A DNA stretch of 64,000 nucleotides from an uncultured Gemmatimonadaceae bacterium. Lineage in GTDB: Bacteria; Gemmatimonadota; Gemmatimonadetes; Gemmatimonadales; Gemmatimonadaceae. Under the pieces are notes generated by a model. It was not told where the DNA came from, did not search any database, and worked only from the letters and a program-made list of their open reading frames with translations. The stretch's first letter is position 1. Each line of letters starts with the position of its first letter. Shown piece by piece: positions 42,984 through 53,092 of this stretch. The DNA is taken from NCBI GenBank assembly GCA_963817955.1, contig CAWFQK010000004.1, forward strand, positions 1,184,001 to 1,248,000, read 5' to 3'. A program made the position numbers and the translations under genes.

Positions 42984-45479
42984 ATGACAAATCTGAAGCT
43001 CGCGTTTCGCACCCTGGTTCGAACGCCGTTCGTGACCCTGGTGGCGGTGCTCTCGCTCGGTCTCGGCATTGGCGCGAACGCGGCGATCTACTCGGTCCTC
43101 GATGAAATGCTCCTCCGGCCGTTGCCGGTGTCGCACCCGGAGCAATTGGTCAACCTATCGGCACCAGGCCCGATGGCCGGATCCACATCGTGCAACCAGG
43201 CGGGCGACTGCACCTCGATCTTCAGCTACGCCATGTTCCGCGACCTCGCAAAGGCGCCGAGTGGATTCAGTGGCATAGCCGCCCACCGGCTGTTCAGTGC
43301 AAACGTCGCGTTCAAGAATCAGACGCTGAACGGCGAGGGCATGCTCGTATCCGGCTCGTATTTCCCCGTGCTCGGGATCACGCCTGCACTCGGACGGTTG
43401 TTCTCACCCAGCGATGATCAGACGATCGGCGGTCATTTCGTGGCGGTGCTGAGCTACGCCTACTGGGAAACGCGGCTCGGCGCGAACCCGAATGTCCTCA
43501 ATGACAGAATCATCATCAATGGCCAAACGCTGACGATCATTGGCGTCGCGCCCAAAGGCTTTGATGGCACGACGCTCGGCGCGCCACCCAATGTCTACGT
43601 GCCCATCACCATGCGAGGCGTGATGAGCCCGGGATGGAAGGGGTTCGACAATCGGCAGAGCTACTGGGTGTATCTGTTCGGCCGGCTCAAGCCGGGCGTG
43701 ACGCTGGCGCAGGCGCAGGCTTCGATCAACGCCACGTTCAAGCCGATCATCAACGATATCGAGGCCCCACAGCAGAAGGGCATGAGCGCGCAGACGATGA
43801 CGAAATTCCGCGCCCGCACCGTGCAACTCGACGATGGCCGTCACGGCCAGAGCTCGGTTCATGGTAGCGCCAAGGCGCCCCTCACCTTGCTGTTCGGCAT
43901 CACCGGCATCGTGCTGCTCATCGCCTGCGCAAACATCGCCAATCTGCTCATGGCGCGGGCCGCGAATCGCACCACGGAAATGGCGGTGCGGCTGTCGCTT
44001 GGCGCAACACGCATGCAGCTTCTCGCGCAGCTGCTCATGGAATCATGCATGCTCGCGCTGCTCGGCGGCATGGTCAGCCTGCTCTTTGCCCATTGGACGC
44101 TGGGCGCGCTGATGGCGATCTTGCCGCCCGACGAGGCGACGGCGTTGCACTTCGAGTTGCGCATGCCGGTGGTATGGTTCGCGACCGCGCTGTCGCTTGG
44201 CACCGGCCTGCTATTCGGACTGTTTCCGGCGCTGCAGAGCACGACGCCCGACTTGGTGACGACCCTCCGCGCCGGCTCCGGCAAACTCGCCGGTGTGCGC
44301 GCGGCGGCGCGTTTCCGCAACTCCCTCGTCACGGCACAGATCGCGTTATCAATGGCGCTCCTCATCTCCGCGGGATTGTTCGTCAAGAGTCTGCTCAACG
44401 TGACCAGGGTCGATCTCGGCGTGAAGATCGAGCATGTCGTGACGTTCGGCATCTCGCCATCGCTCAATGGATACGACAACGCACGCTCGGCTCAGTTCTT
44501 CCAACGCGTCGAGCAGGAACTCGGAGCGTTGCCGGGCGTGAACGGCGTCGCTGGCGCCCTCGTGCCGCTCCTCGCGGGCGACAACTGGGGCAGCGACGTC
44601 AACGTGCAAGGTTTCAAGAAGGGGCCCGATACCGACGCGAACGCGCGGTTCAACGAGGTCGGCCCAGGGTATTTCCGTACGATGGGCGTTCCAATGCTGT
44701 CCGGACGCGAGTTCACCGCGTCGGACGTCATGGGTGCGCCGAGGGTGGCGATCGTGAACGAAGCGTTCGCCAAGAAATTCAACCTCGGCCGCGACGCGGT
44801 GGGCAAGTTCATCGGGACCGGCCGCGGCGATTCGCTGAACATCCAGATCGTAGGACTGGTGAAGGACGCCAACTACAGCCAGGTCAAACAGGTACCGCCC
44901 CCGGTCTTCGTGCAGCCCTATCGCCAGGATAGTACCGTCGGCTCGATGAACTTCTACGTGAAGACCGCGGGCGATCCCATGCAGCTCCTGCGGGCCATTC
45001 CCGGCGTGATCTCCAAGCTCGATGCCAATCTCCCGGTCGAGAACCTCAAGACGATGCCGCAGCAGGTGAAGGAGAACGTCTTCATGGACCGCATGATCAG
45101 CATGCTGTCGGCGGCATTCGCCGCGCTGGCAACGCTACTCGCCGCCGTCGGTTTGTACGGCGTGCTCGCGTACTCGGTCACGCAACGGACGCGGGAGATC
45201 GGCGTCCGCATGGCGCTCGGGGCGAACGCCGGCGCGGTGCGCGGAATGGTCATGCGCCAAGTGGCCATCATGACGGTGATCGGCAGCGTCATTGGCGTGG
45301 CCGGAGCGCTGGCGATCGGCCGCGGGGCCAAGTCCTTGCTCTATCAACTTCAGGGGAACGATCCCATGGTGATCGCGGCGGCGGCCGTGGTGCTCGCGGT
45401 GGTCGCGCTGGGGGCCGGCTACATCCCGGCGCTCAGAGCGTCGCGGGTCGATCCCATGCAGGCGCTACGCTACGAGTAG
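42984..45479 (+). CDS. Duplicated MacB/FtsX-type ABC permease (ADOP-like orphan permease)
   Basis: LGLGIGANAAI, two periplasmic+FtsX halves, LLIACANIANLL.AR, QRTREIGVRMALGA, RVDPMQALRYE. Confidence 0.92.
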   Translation: MTNLKLAFRTLVRTPFVTLVAVLSLGLGIGANAAIYSVLDEMLLRPLPVSHPEQLVNLSAPGPMAGSTSCNQAGDCTSIFSYAMFRDLAKAPSGFSGIAAHRLFSANVAFKNQTLNGEGMLVSGSYFPVLGITPALGRLFSPSDDQTIGGHFVAVLSYAYWETRLGANPNVLNDRIIINGQTLTIIGVAPKGFDGTTLGAPPNVYVPITMRGVMSPGWKGFDNRQSYWVYLFGRLKPGVTLAQAQASINATFKPIINDIEAPQQKGMSAQTMTKFRARTVQLDDGRHGQSSVHGSAKAPLTLLFGITGIVLLIACANIANLLMARAANRTTEMAVRLSLGATRMQLLAQLLMESCMLALLGGMVSLLFAHWTLGALMAILPPDEATALHFELRMPVVWFATALSLGTGLLFGLFPALQSTTPDLVTTLRAGSGKLAGVRAAARFRNSLVTAQIALSMALLISAGLFVKSLLNVTRVDLGVKIEHVVTFGISPSLNGYDNARSAQFFQRVEQELGALPGVNGVAGALVPLLAGDNWGSDVNVQGFKKGPDTDANARFNEVGPGYFRTMGVPMLSGREFTASDVMGAPRVAIVNEAFAKKFNLGRDAVGKFIGTGRGDSLNIQIVGLVKDANYSQVKQVPPPVFVQPYRQDSTVGSMNFYVKTAGDPMQLLRAIPGVISKLDANLPVENLKTMPQQVKENVFMDRMISMLSAAFAALATLLAAVGLYGVLAYSVTQRTREIGVRMALGANAGAVRGMVMRQVAIMTVIGSVIGVAGALAIGRGAKSLLYQLQGNDPMVIAAAAVVLAVVALGAGYIPALRASRVDPMQALRYE

Positions 45480-45502
45480 AAACGAGTGATCTGCAACGTA
45501 CT

Positions 45503-45997
45503 TCATTCTTGCGATGAGTGTTCGTCTTGCGGCGCGAGGTTGTTCACGCGGATCGGCACCAGCGCATTCAGCGCGCCCGCCACGATACTGCGGTGACAGC
45601 GCGACGGATCCGCCTCGAAGCACAGCAGACAGACACGGCGGCCCGATCGCACGATATCGGCGAGTGCATGAAGCTCGGCTTGGGCGGCCGGCGTTGCTAG
45701 ATGCGCCAGGAATATGCGTCGCATCTCGTCCTGATGGCCGGCACGGGCCGCGGCGCGACCGTCGGCCGGCGTCCCAAGGCCGCGCAGGTGCAGATACTCG
45801 ACCCCGATGCCACGAACATTCGCCGTGAGCGCCGTTTTGGCGAATCCGGGTCTCCGTGAGCTCGCGACTGCCCGCACATCGACCAGTAGCTCGACGTCCG
45901 CGTTTTCCACCGTCTCGAGGAAGGCAGACACGGTGGTTCCCTCGTAGCCTATGGTGGCGACAACATACGGCTTCACCTGCGCTCGCAGCTTCGTCAT
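45503..45997 (-). CDS. DUF488 family protein
   Basis: TIGYEG, LVDVR...SRRPGF, Y.HL..LG, LLCFEADP..CHRS. Start uncertain (45997/46027). Confidence 0.88.
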   Translation of the reverse strand: MTKLRAQVKPYVVATIGYEGTTVSAFLETVENADVELLVDVRAVASSRRPGFAKTALTANVRGIGVEYLHLRGLGTPADGRAAARAGHQDEMRRIFLAHLATPAAQAELHALADIVRSGRRVCLLCFEADPSRCHRSIVAGALNALVPIRVNNLAPQDEHSSQE

Positions 45998-46113
45998 AGA
46001 GTGACTACTCCGTTGGCCTTCGATCAAACCTGATTGTAGCGGCCCGACGTAACAATACAGCCGGATCGTCCCGGCTGAATGATGATCTTCTCAGCGGGTC
46101 CGATACTAGAGAC

Positions 46114-46350
46114 GTGAGCATACACCCAGACGATCGGCTGCGTACGCACCTCCGAATGCGGGCGCCTCAATTTCTTCCGGCAGCGTGGCCAACGGCGATC
46201 GCCGAACCGCTCGATGTCGATGCGCCCGGTCTCGCGCTCAAGCTGGTCGAGAGTGGCATACCGATGGACCACATCATGATCCTGTTTCGACTGGCGAGCC
46301 GGCGGATTCGTCAGCGCTGGCGGCTCGGGACGATTGCCGACTCGAATTGA
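46114..46350 (+). CDS. Small hypothetical protein
   Basis: 78-aa ORF filling the gap between DUF488 and the kinase. No recognised motif. Confidence 0.35.
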   Translation: MSIHPDDRLRTHLRMRAPQFLPAAWPTAIAEPLDVDAPGLALKLVESGIPMDHIMILFRLASRRIRQRWRLGTIADSN

Positions 46351-48333
46351 TCAGGCCATGGGACGCGAGTGTGTTGCACCGGACAACGCTGCGCGAACGG
46401 CATGCGCGAGCTGTTCGGGTGTGAACGGTTTCTCCAGGAATGGCGTGTCGGAGCGCATCAGGCCGCGCCGTAGGATCTCATCGTCGGCATAGCCAGACAT
46501 GAACAGGAATTTCAGTCCGGGAGAGCGAAGGGCGAGTTGCTCGGCGAGCGCGCGCCCGTTCAGTTCTGGCATGATGACGTCGGTGAGCACGAGCCCAATG
46601 CGATCGCCTTCAGCATCCACTATGCGCCGCGCTTCTGCGGCGCTCGACGCATCGCGCACCGTGTAGCCCTGCCGCTCGAGCATCTGCCGCACAACCATAC
46701 GCACGTGCGGCTCATCCTCCACGAGAAGGATCATCTCGCTGCCGCGCGGTGCTATCCGCTCCGGTGGGAGCACGGTCGGGGTGTCCTCTTTATCGCTGAC
46801 CGGCAACAGCACGGTGAACCGGCTTCCCTCACCCGGCGTACTCTCGACGAACACGTGGCCCCCGCTCTGGTGCACGATCCCGTGGACCGTCGCTAATCCA
46901 AGACCAGTGCCCGCACCCATTGCCTTCGTGGTGTAGAACGGCTCGAAGATATGCGGCAGAATCGCGGAATCGATGCCCGCACCCGTATCCTCGATGGTGA
47001 GCGATACATACTTCCCGATCGCGAGACCCGGCCGTGCACGCGCCGCGAGCCAGTCCACTTCGACGTTGGCCGTGCGCAACGTGATCGTGCCGCCGTCCGC
47101 CATTGCATCGCGCGCGTTGACCGCGAGGTTCATCAACACCTGCTCGAGCTGGCCCGGGTCGGCATGTACGGGCCAGAGGGACCCCGCGAGGGCCATCTCG
47201 AGCATGATGTCCTCGGCAATGACGCGCCGGAGCATGGCGGTCACTCCGGTGACGGTCTCGTTCAGGTCAGTGCGCTGCGGCCGTAGCATCTGCTTCCGCC
47301 CGAAGGCAAGGAGCTGCCGAGTCAGATCCGCCGCTCGCAACGACGCCGACAACACCTCGTCGATGTCGGACCGTAGCTCGCTGTCACTGGGTAATTTGGC
47401 CGCTACGAGGCGACTGTAGTTCTGAATGACGGTGAGCAGATTGTTGAAGTCGTGCGCCACGCCCGCGGCCAGGCGCCCCACCGCTTCCATCTTCTGCGAC
47501 TGGCGGAGCTGCGTAGCGAGCGCCTGCTCTTCGGTCACGTCGCGCGAATTCACCACGATCCCACGCATTGCGGGGTCGTGCAGGAGGTTCGTGCCCGTCG
47601 ACGAGATCGCGCGCCAGCTGCCATCTGCGTGACGGTGACGCAGGCGGACGATCGCGCGTCCGCCCGGCTGCTCCAGGAGACGAGCGAACTCGGCGAGCAC
47701 CTCGCCGATGTCATCGGCGTGCACGAACTCGAACGCGGTCCTGCCTAGCAGCTCGCCGGGGGCGTACCCGAGATAGCGCTCATGCGCCGGACTCACGTAC
47801 AGGTGCACGCCCTTTTCATCGAGCAGAGTCGTCATGTCCGACGAGTTCTCGATGAGGGCGCGATAGCGGTGCTCGCTTCGGGTCAGCTCTTCCTCGGCTC
47901 GGCGCTGCTCTGTTCGATCGCTCACCAGCGCTACGACGCCGGCGAAAGACCCGTCGGCGGCGAAGATGGGACTGGATGACACCCGCACCCAGCACTGGGT
48001 ACCGTCGGGACGGAGCACCGTGCCCTGGTAGGTCCCCGCCTCGCCGGTTTGCCGCCGCGCGAAGCGCGCCATCGCGATCGTCGCATCTGGCGCGCCGACC
48101 AGCTCGGGGATTGTGCGGCCAATCGCGTCTTCTGGTGTTCGGCCAAGAATCTCCGCCATGCGCGCGTTGATATACGTAGCGCGGGCATTGGCATCGAGCT
48201 CCCATACGCCTTCGTGCGCCGAGTCCACCAACCGGCGGAACCGTTCTTCATCCGACTGCAGACCGGGCGCGGCGGCGGACCCGGGCCCGGGCCCGGCGGC
48301 TACGTTGAGCGGCGAATTAGACGTGTGAGACAT
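46351..48333 (-). CDS. Hybrid sensor histidine kinase PAS-PAS-HisKA-HATPase-REC (CckA-like), cytoplasmic
   Basis: Two PAS/PAC domains, QKMEAVGRLAAGVAHDFNNLL, QVLMNLAVNARDAM, FEPFYTTK..G.GTGLGL, receiver with TDVIMP and KPF. Confidence 0.93.
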   Translation of the reverse strand: MSHTSNSPLNVAAGPGPGSAAAPGLQSDEERFRRLVDSAHEGVWELDANARATYINARMAEILGRTPEDAIGRTIPELVGAPDATIAMARFARRQTGEAGTYQGTVLRPDGTQCWVRVSSSPIFAADGSFAGVVALVSDRTEQRRAEEELTRSEHRYRALIENSSDMTTLLDEKGVHLYVSPAHERYLGYAPGELLGRTAFEFVHADDIGEVLAEFARLLEQPGGRAIVRLRHRHADGSWRAISSTGTNLLHDPAMRGIVVNSRDVTEEQALATQLRQSQKMEAVGRLAAGVAHDFNNLLTVIQNYSRLVAAKLPSDSELRSDIDEVLSASLRAADLTRQLLAFGRKQMLRPQRTDLNETVTGVTAMLRRVIAEDIMLEMALAGSLWPVHADPGQLEQVLMNLAVNARDAMADGGTITLRTANVEVDWLAARARPGLAIGKYVSLTIEDTGAGIDSAILPHIFEPFYTTKAMGAGTGLGLATVHGIVHQSGGHVFVESTPGEGSRFTVLLPVSDKEDTPTVLPPERIAPRGSEMILLVEDEPHVRMVVRQMLERQGYTVRDASSAAEARRIVDAEGDRIGLVLTDVIMPELNGRALAEQLALRSPGLKFLFMSGYADDEILRRGLMRSDTPFLEKPFTPEQLAHAVRAALSGATHSRPMA

Positions 48334-48502
48334 CGCCGAGGCTGACGAGCACCGTCCGCTCGGCGCAACTGGATCCACGCATATGGATCGCGGCTCGCCC
48401 GATCACTGCACTACGACAATCTCCTTCGCCATGCCATACGCCGTGTGAGGTTAGCCGTCCGTCACGTCGGGAACGAAGCAGAGCAGCACGTAAGCGACGT
48501 GA

Positions 48503-48967
48503 TCAGGCTTTGGGTCCGCCCGCCAGTTGCCGTACGAGTTGATCCAGGAACGCCAGTCCGTCGTAGTACGACTTGACGCGCAGTTTCTCGTCGCGGCCGT
48601 GGGCGTTGCTCTCTCCCCCAGCGCTGAAGATGCCGCTGACACCGTACGTCGGAATACCGACAATGCGCAGGAAACGGCCATCCGTCGCGCCGGTAGACAT
48701 CGTCGGCACCACGGGAATTTCGCCCCACATGCGTTTGGTCAGCACTGTCGCTGCCGCGAGTAGCTCCGGCTCGACCGGACTCGGCGCGGCGCCGAACTTC
48801 TCGGTGTTCGGCACGGTGTACGTGACCTTGATGCCCGTGTCGTTCACGACGTGCGTCAGCTGATTGGCGATCAGCCACTCGACGCCATTCGCATCACCGC
48901 CCTCTTCGTCCGCCGTCAGCGCAAGGATGATATCGCGATCGGGAACAAAACCTTCCTTCTTATAAGA
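48503..48967 (-). pseudogene. Collapsed M20/M25/M40 peptidase remnant
   Basis: Reads SYKKEGFVPDRDIILALTADEEGGDANGVEWLIAN|QLTHVVNDTGIKV...MSTGATDGRFLR...AHGRDE. The N-terminus and the dimerisation domain are absent. Confidence 0.75.
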
Positions 48968-51900
48968 TCATCGCGGCGCCCTCGCCCGGCCGGCCGCTGC
49001 AGTTGGTGTGGTGGCGGCCGCCGCGGCTGGTTCATCGTTCCAGTTCAGGATCGAGTTGAACACCATGTTGAACTCTCCGTGGTTCTGCCAACGATAGATC
49101 GGATTGTTCGCGAACATGATGACACGACCGTTCCCGTTGTGCGCCTGCGGAATGTCCATGGCAAATGCACGTCCCTTGATGTTGTCGGCGCCCGTCATCA
49201 AACCGCTCAACACCGATGCGTCGCCGCCGACATACTGCGCAAGCACGTTGCCCTGATCGGCGATGCCGACGCGGAACAGCTGAGAGCCCTGGCCGAACTT
49301 GACCGGAAAGATCTTGTTCTCATAGCCGTAGAACACCGGGCTGTTCGTCTTCACGATCTCGGCCTGAATGAGCGGCTTTTGTGCATTCACGCCCGTCGGA
49401 TTTTCCGTGTCCACCGTGTGCGATAAGCCGAATTCGATCGGGAATCGAACCGCCTGCAGTGCGGTGATCAGCGTGCCGCCCTGATCGAGGAACTTGTCGA
49501 TCGCGTCGACGCCCGGCTGACCAAAGCCGCCGCTCATGTCGGGGGACTCGCCGTACATGCCGAGGAACTTGTACTTGTCGCTCTTCACGTACGGCTGCGG
49601 ACGGGCCGCCTTTGGTGCGAACACGGCCGCGCGATTGATGTTCTGCGCCGCCATGATGATGACGTCGTAGTCCTTTTTCAGATCGCCCTTCGCCACGCGT
49701 TCCTTGTAGATCAGATCGAACGGAACACCGAACTGGTCCAGGGTGAATCGATACCAACCCAACTCCTGCGTGCTGCTCCACTGTGAGTAGATCGCAACAC
49801 GCGGCACGTCGCCGTCGTGGGTCGCCACCGTCGGAAGTGCCGACAGCGCCGCAGCCGTGAGCCCGAGCGATTCCGCCGCGCTCTTTGCCGCGGCAAGGTC
49901 GCTCGCCGAACCCGTCACGATGAACGAGCCCGCCGGGAACGTGACGCCGTTCGACGTGAACGATTGCTCGGCGATCTTCATTGGCACGTTCTTCAGGCGA
50001 TAACGGAACGTGATCATGTTGTTCGAGCCATAGTGCGCCACCGCGAGACCAGCCGAGCCCGTACCGCTCACCTTTCCCTTCACCTCTGCCGTCTTGACCA
50101 GGGTCGCTGGCGCGGCGAGGATCGTCTTATCGTTGATCTCTTTCACGTCGACGTCGAACGCATAGCCCATCGACCAGCCGCTGTCGTCGTACGTCGTGAG
50201 GGCGGGATCCGGGTAGTCCTGGCGCTCGAGCAGATTCTTCGCCAGCCGGCCATAGGGCTGATCGAGCTTGATGACGTACGAGCCCGCCGGATACTTGGCG
50301 GTGCCGATGGTCACGTCGGCGTTGAGCGTTCCAATCTCGATGCCTTGCGCCCGGAGCACATTCACCAGGGCTGCGACTTTCGTCATGTCTCGCTGCACCG
50401 GAAACACGTACCCGTACGGCGCCGCTGTGCTCCCGGCTTCGAGCGAGTGCTTCGTCTTCACGTAGAAGTTTTCCATGATGAGATTTGGAAACATCGACGT
50501 GAGCTGGAGCGCGGACAGGACGCCCGTCTCCATATAGTTGGCATTGTTGCGCCGCGTGAAGTTCTGCGCCGCGTTGGGCGGAATGGGAATGCCGCGATAC
50601 CATTCGCGCGGTTGTCCACCGCCGCGTCCCGTTGGGATCGGCGACGCGCGCCCGCCGCCGAATGGCGCCGCTCCACCCGGCGCTGCCGCAGCCGGCCCGG
50701 CCGCTCCTCCGCGCCCACCGCCGCCGCCGCCACGACCTCCTCGTCCACCACCACCACCCGGCGCCGCTGCCGCTCCGGCTGCCGTGCTATCTCCCCGAGC
50801 GCCTCGTCCACCACCTCCCGCGGCGGGCGTACCCGGCGTCTGCTCACGTCCGGATTGCGTCTCGTACATGCGCATCATGCCATTGTGGTTGTAGGCCACT
50901 GAACCGAGATAGCCCGGCGACCACCCGTCCATGAACGCATGCGTGTACACGCCCGGCATTCCCCACTTCGTCATCTGCGCCAGTTCCCAGTTCGAGAAGA
51001 ACGGCAGCTCGGCAAAGAGAATCGGATCGAGATTCGGGTTCTGTGGCGGACCGCCGCTGTACGTGTACATCAGCGGCTGCGCTTCGTGCAGATCGTGGAT
51101 GATCGGCGGATGCGCCGTGTAGTACCAGTCGGTGATCGCACGCATCGACATCTGCGAGAGGTTGATGTCGCGATTGTTGTCGTGGAAGACGTACTTGCCC
51201 CAGTACGGAAGCGATCCGCCTGCCTGCGCGCCGAACGGTGCACCATTCGCCGCCCCCGCGACGGGCGCACCCGGCGCTCGGCCCGCGGTATCCGTCGCCG
51301 GCGACGGCGCCGGCGTAGGCGAGGCAGCCTGAACCTCGAGGCCGTGGTAGAACCAATCCACGTTCCGATCGCGCCCATCCGGCTCGGCGGCCGGCGTGAT
51401 CGACACGATGACGTTGTTGCGGATCTGCGTCACGAGCGGCGACGTTTCCGTCGCCAGACGGTACGCGAGTTCCATCAGCATTTCGGACGGACCGGTTTCA
51501 CCGCTGTGCAGCCCGCCAATGAGATGGTAGTTCGGCTTCGTCGTCGCGATCAGATTGCGAATCTCCGCGTCGGACCGGCCGCGCGGATCGGCAATCTTCG
51601 CCGTGTTGTCACGGTTCCGCTGAAGGTTGCGGATGTTCTCCTCCGACGACACCCACACCACCACGAGCTCGCGTCCTTCGTCGGATGTGCCGATCGTCTC
51701 CACCTTCACGCGCGGCGTCGCCTTGGCGAGCGCACGGTAGTACTTCAGGATGTCGGCGTAGTACGTGAGCTTGGCCGGCGCCCCGATGTAGTAGCCGAGG
51801 ACGTCCTTGGGCGTCGGAATTCCTCGCACTTTCGGCAGGTGATCGACCAGCGGACTACCGTAGTTCGGCTCGCTCGTCCACTGCGCGTATGCCTTGGCGA

Positions 51901-52042
51901 AATCATCGTATTGCGCCTGCTTGGGATCGCGCGTTTCGTTGACGGCTTGCTGCGCCTGTGCGGTACGGGCAGCGGAAAGAACGAGTGCCGAGGCCAGTAG
52001 CGCCCGGAGCAGGCGGCGTGGGCTCATGCGTCTGGCGTTCAT
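48968..52042 (-). CDS. M14 family zinc carboxypeptidase-like secreted protein
   Basis: IG.S.EGREL, HSGE (HxxE), DNNRD, DLHE, C-terminal glutamine-amidotransferase-like domain. AGGAG RBS before the ATG at 52042. Confidence 0.88.
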   Translation of the reverse strand: MNARRMSPRRLLRALLASALVLSAARTAQAQQAVNETRDPKQAQYDDFAKAYAQWTSEPNYGSPLVDHLPKVRGIPTPKDVLGYYIGAPAKLTYYADILKYYRALAKATPRVKVETIGTSDEGRELVVVWVSSEENIRNLQRNRDNTAKIADPRGRSDAEIRNLIATTKPNYHLIGGLHSGETGPSEMLMELAYRLATETSPLVTQIRNNVIVSITPAAEPDGRDRNVDWFYHGLEVQAASPTPAPSPATDTAGRAPGAPVAGAANGAPFGAQAGGSLPYWGKYVFHDNNRDINLSQMSMRAITDWYYTAHPPIIHDLHEAQPLMYTYSGGPPQNPNLDPILFAELPFFSNWELAQMTKWGMPGVYTHAFMDGWSPGYLGSVAYNHNGMMRMYETQSGREQTPGTPAAGGGGRGARGDSTAAGAAAAPGGGGGRGGRGGGGGGRGGAAGPAAAAPGGAAPFGGGRASPIPTGRGGGQPREWYRGIPIPPNAAQNFTRRNNANYMETGVLSALQLTSMFPNLIMENFYVKTKHSLEAGSTAAPYGYVFPVQRDMTKVAALVNVLRAQGIEIGTLNADVTIGTAKYPAGSYVIKLDQPYGRLAKNLLERQDYPDPALTTYDDSGWSMGYAFDVDVKEINDKTILAAPATLVKTAEVKGKVSGTGSAGLAVAHYGSNNMITFRYRLKNVPMKIAEQSFTSNGVTFPAGSFIVTGSASDLAAAKSAAESLGLTAAALSALPTVATHDGDVPRVAIYSQWSSTQELGWYRFTLDQFGVPFDLIYKERVAKGDLKKDYDVIIMAAQNINRAAVFAPKAARPQPYVKSDKYKFLGMYGESPDMSGGFGQPGVDAIDKFLDQGGTLITALQAVRFPIEFGLSHTVDTENPTGVNAQKPLIQAEIVKTNSPVFYGYENKIFPVKFGQGSQLFRVGIADQGNVLAQYVGGDASVLSGLMTGADNIKGRAFAMDIPQAHNGNGRVIMFANNPIYRWQNHGEFNMVFNSILNWNDEPAAAAATTPTAAAGRARAPR

Positions 52043-52162
52043 GTACGTGACTCCTGGACAGATGGCGCGGAGGACGGGGGAGAGACTGGGGAAGCTACGG
52101 AAGGCACGCCGAAGGGGCCAGAGGATGCGGCGGCGCGACACAGTGAAAGCACGCCATGCTCG

Positions 52163-52945
52163 CTACGCCGAGGTAAGCGGCGGCAGGCCCATTGACGATC
52201 GGAGACGCTCGTACTCGGTGGCCGGCATCTGCACGATGATCGGCCGCTTCGTTCGGTCGAGCCAGAGCATCAGATCCCGCAGCTGATCGGCGTCCATCGC
52301 GGTGCAACCGGCGGTGACCGAGGTCGGTCCCGCCCAGATGTGCAAGAAGATGCACGATCCGCCGCCCTTCCGCGGCGGCGCCGCGTTGTACCCCACGATG
52401 ACGCCAATCCGGTATTGATCGATCTTCCGCATGTGTTCAGCACTCGACCAATCGACGCGCGGCACCGTTGCGCGATCGACGACCGTGTTGTAGTGCACCG
52501 AGGTCGTGTCGTCGACACAATCGCTGGTTGGAGAAAGCTGCACGTAGGGAAGGTGGAGCTCGGGGAAACTCGAGGCGAATCCAAACGCGGTGTCGAGCGG
52601 AAACACTCCCGCCGGCGAGCGCCCATCGCCTTCATGCTTCACCGGCGCAGAAGGTGACGCACCTACTCGCGACGCGAACGCCGCGTCCCAGGCCAAGCCC
52701 GTGCGTCCAACCACGATAGGGATGGGGTCAGCCTCCAGCCGCCAAGTGCCGCCCGCGCGGGTGAACCGCCAGAGTCGACCCGACGTCGAATCCCAGGCGG
52801 GAGTGGTCACGACGACGAGTTGCTGTGCTTCCATCACGACACTCGTGGCCGGCACGGGTACGCTCGTCGCTGCCTGGCGACAGGATGCGCCGGAAGTGGC
52901 GGCCACGGCGAGCAGCACGCGGGCCAAGTTCGGTTTGACATGCAT
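52163..52945 (-). CDS. L,D-transpeptidase (YkuD-like) family protein
   Basis: K.EGDGRSPAG.F, GSCIFLHIW.....TAGC catalytic His/Cys, lipoprotein-like signal. Confidence 0.85.
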   Translation of the reverse strand: MHVKPNLARVLLAVAATSGASCRQAATSVPVPATSVVMEAQQLVVVTTPAWDSTSGRLWRFTRAGGTWRLEADPIPIVVGRTGLAWDAAFASRVGASPSAPVKHEGDGRSPAGVFPLDTAFGFASSFPELHLPYVQLSPTSDCVDDTTSVHYNTVVDRATVPRVDWSSAEHMRKIDQYRIGVIVGYNAAPPRKGGGSCIFLHIWAGPTSVTAGCTAMDADQLRDLMLWLDRTKRPIIVQMPATEYERLRSSMGLPPLTSA

Positions 52946-53092
52946 GATGGCACGCTACGTCGTGGCAGCCCAGGCGGCAAGCGACGATGCGCCACCCTCC
53001 CACCGCGGGTTGCCCGCGAGGCGTCGGCGCAGACATACTCCAGTACGTTCTCGCCGCCCGTCATCCTAATCGTGCCAACCCAAGAGCTCCTC

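Noticed and set aside
48960..48970. Sec/read-through fusion of the M14 peptidase to the in-frame M20 fragment
   Set aside because: The UGA follows a low-complexity tail rather than a Cys position, I see no SECIS-like hairpin, and the downstream part lacks essential M20 regions.
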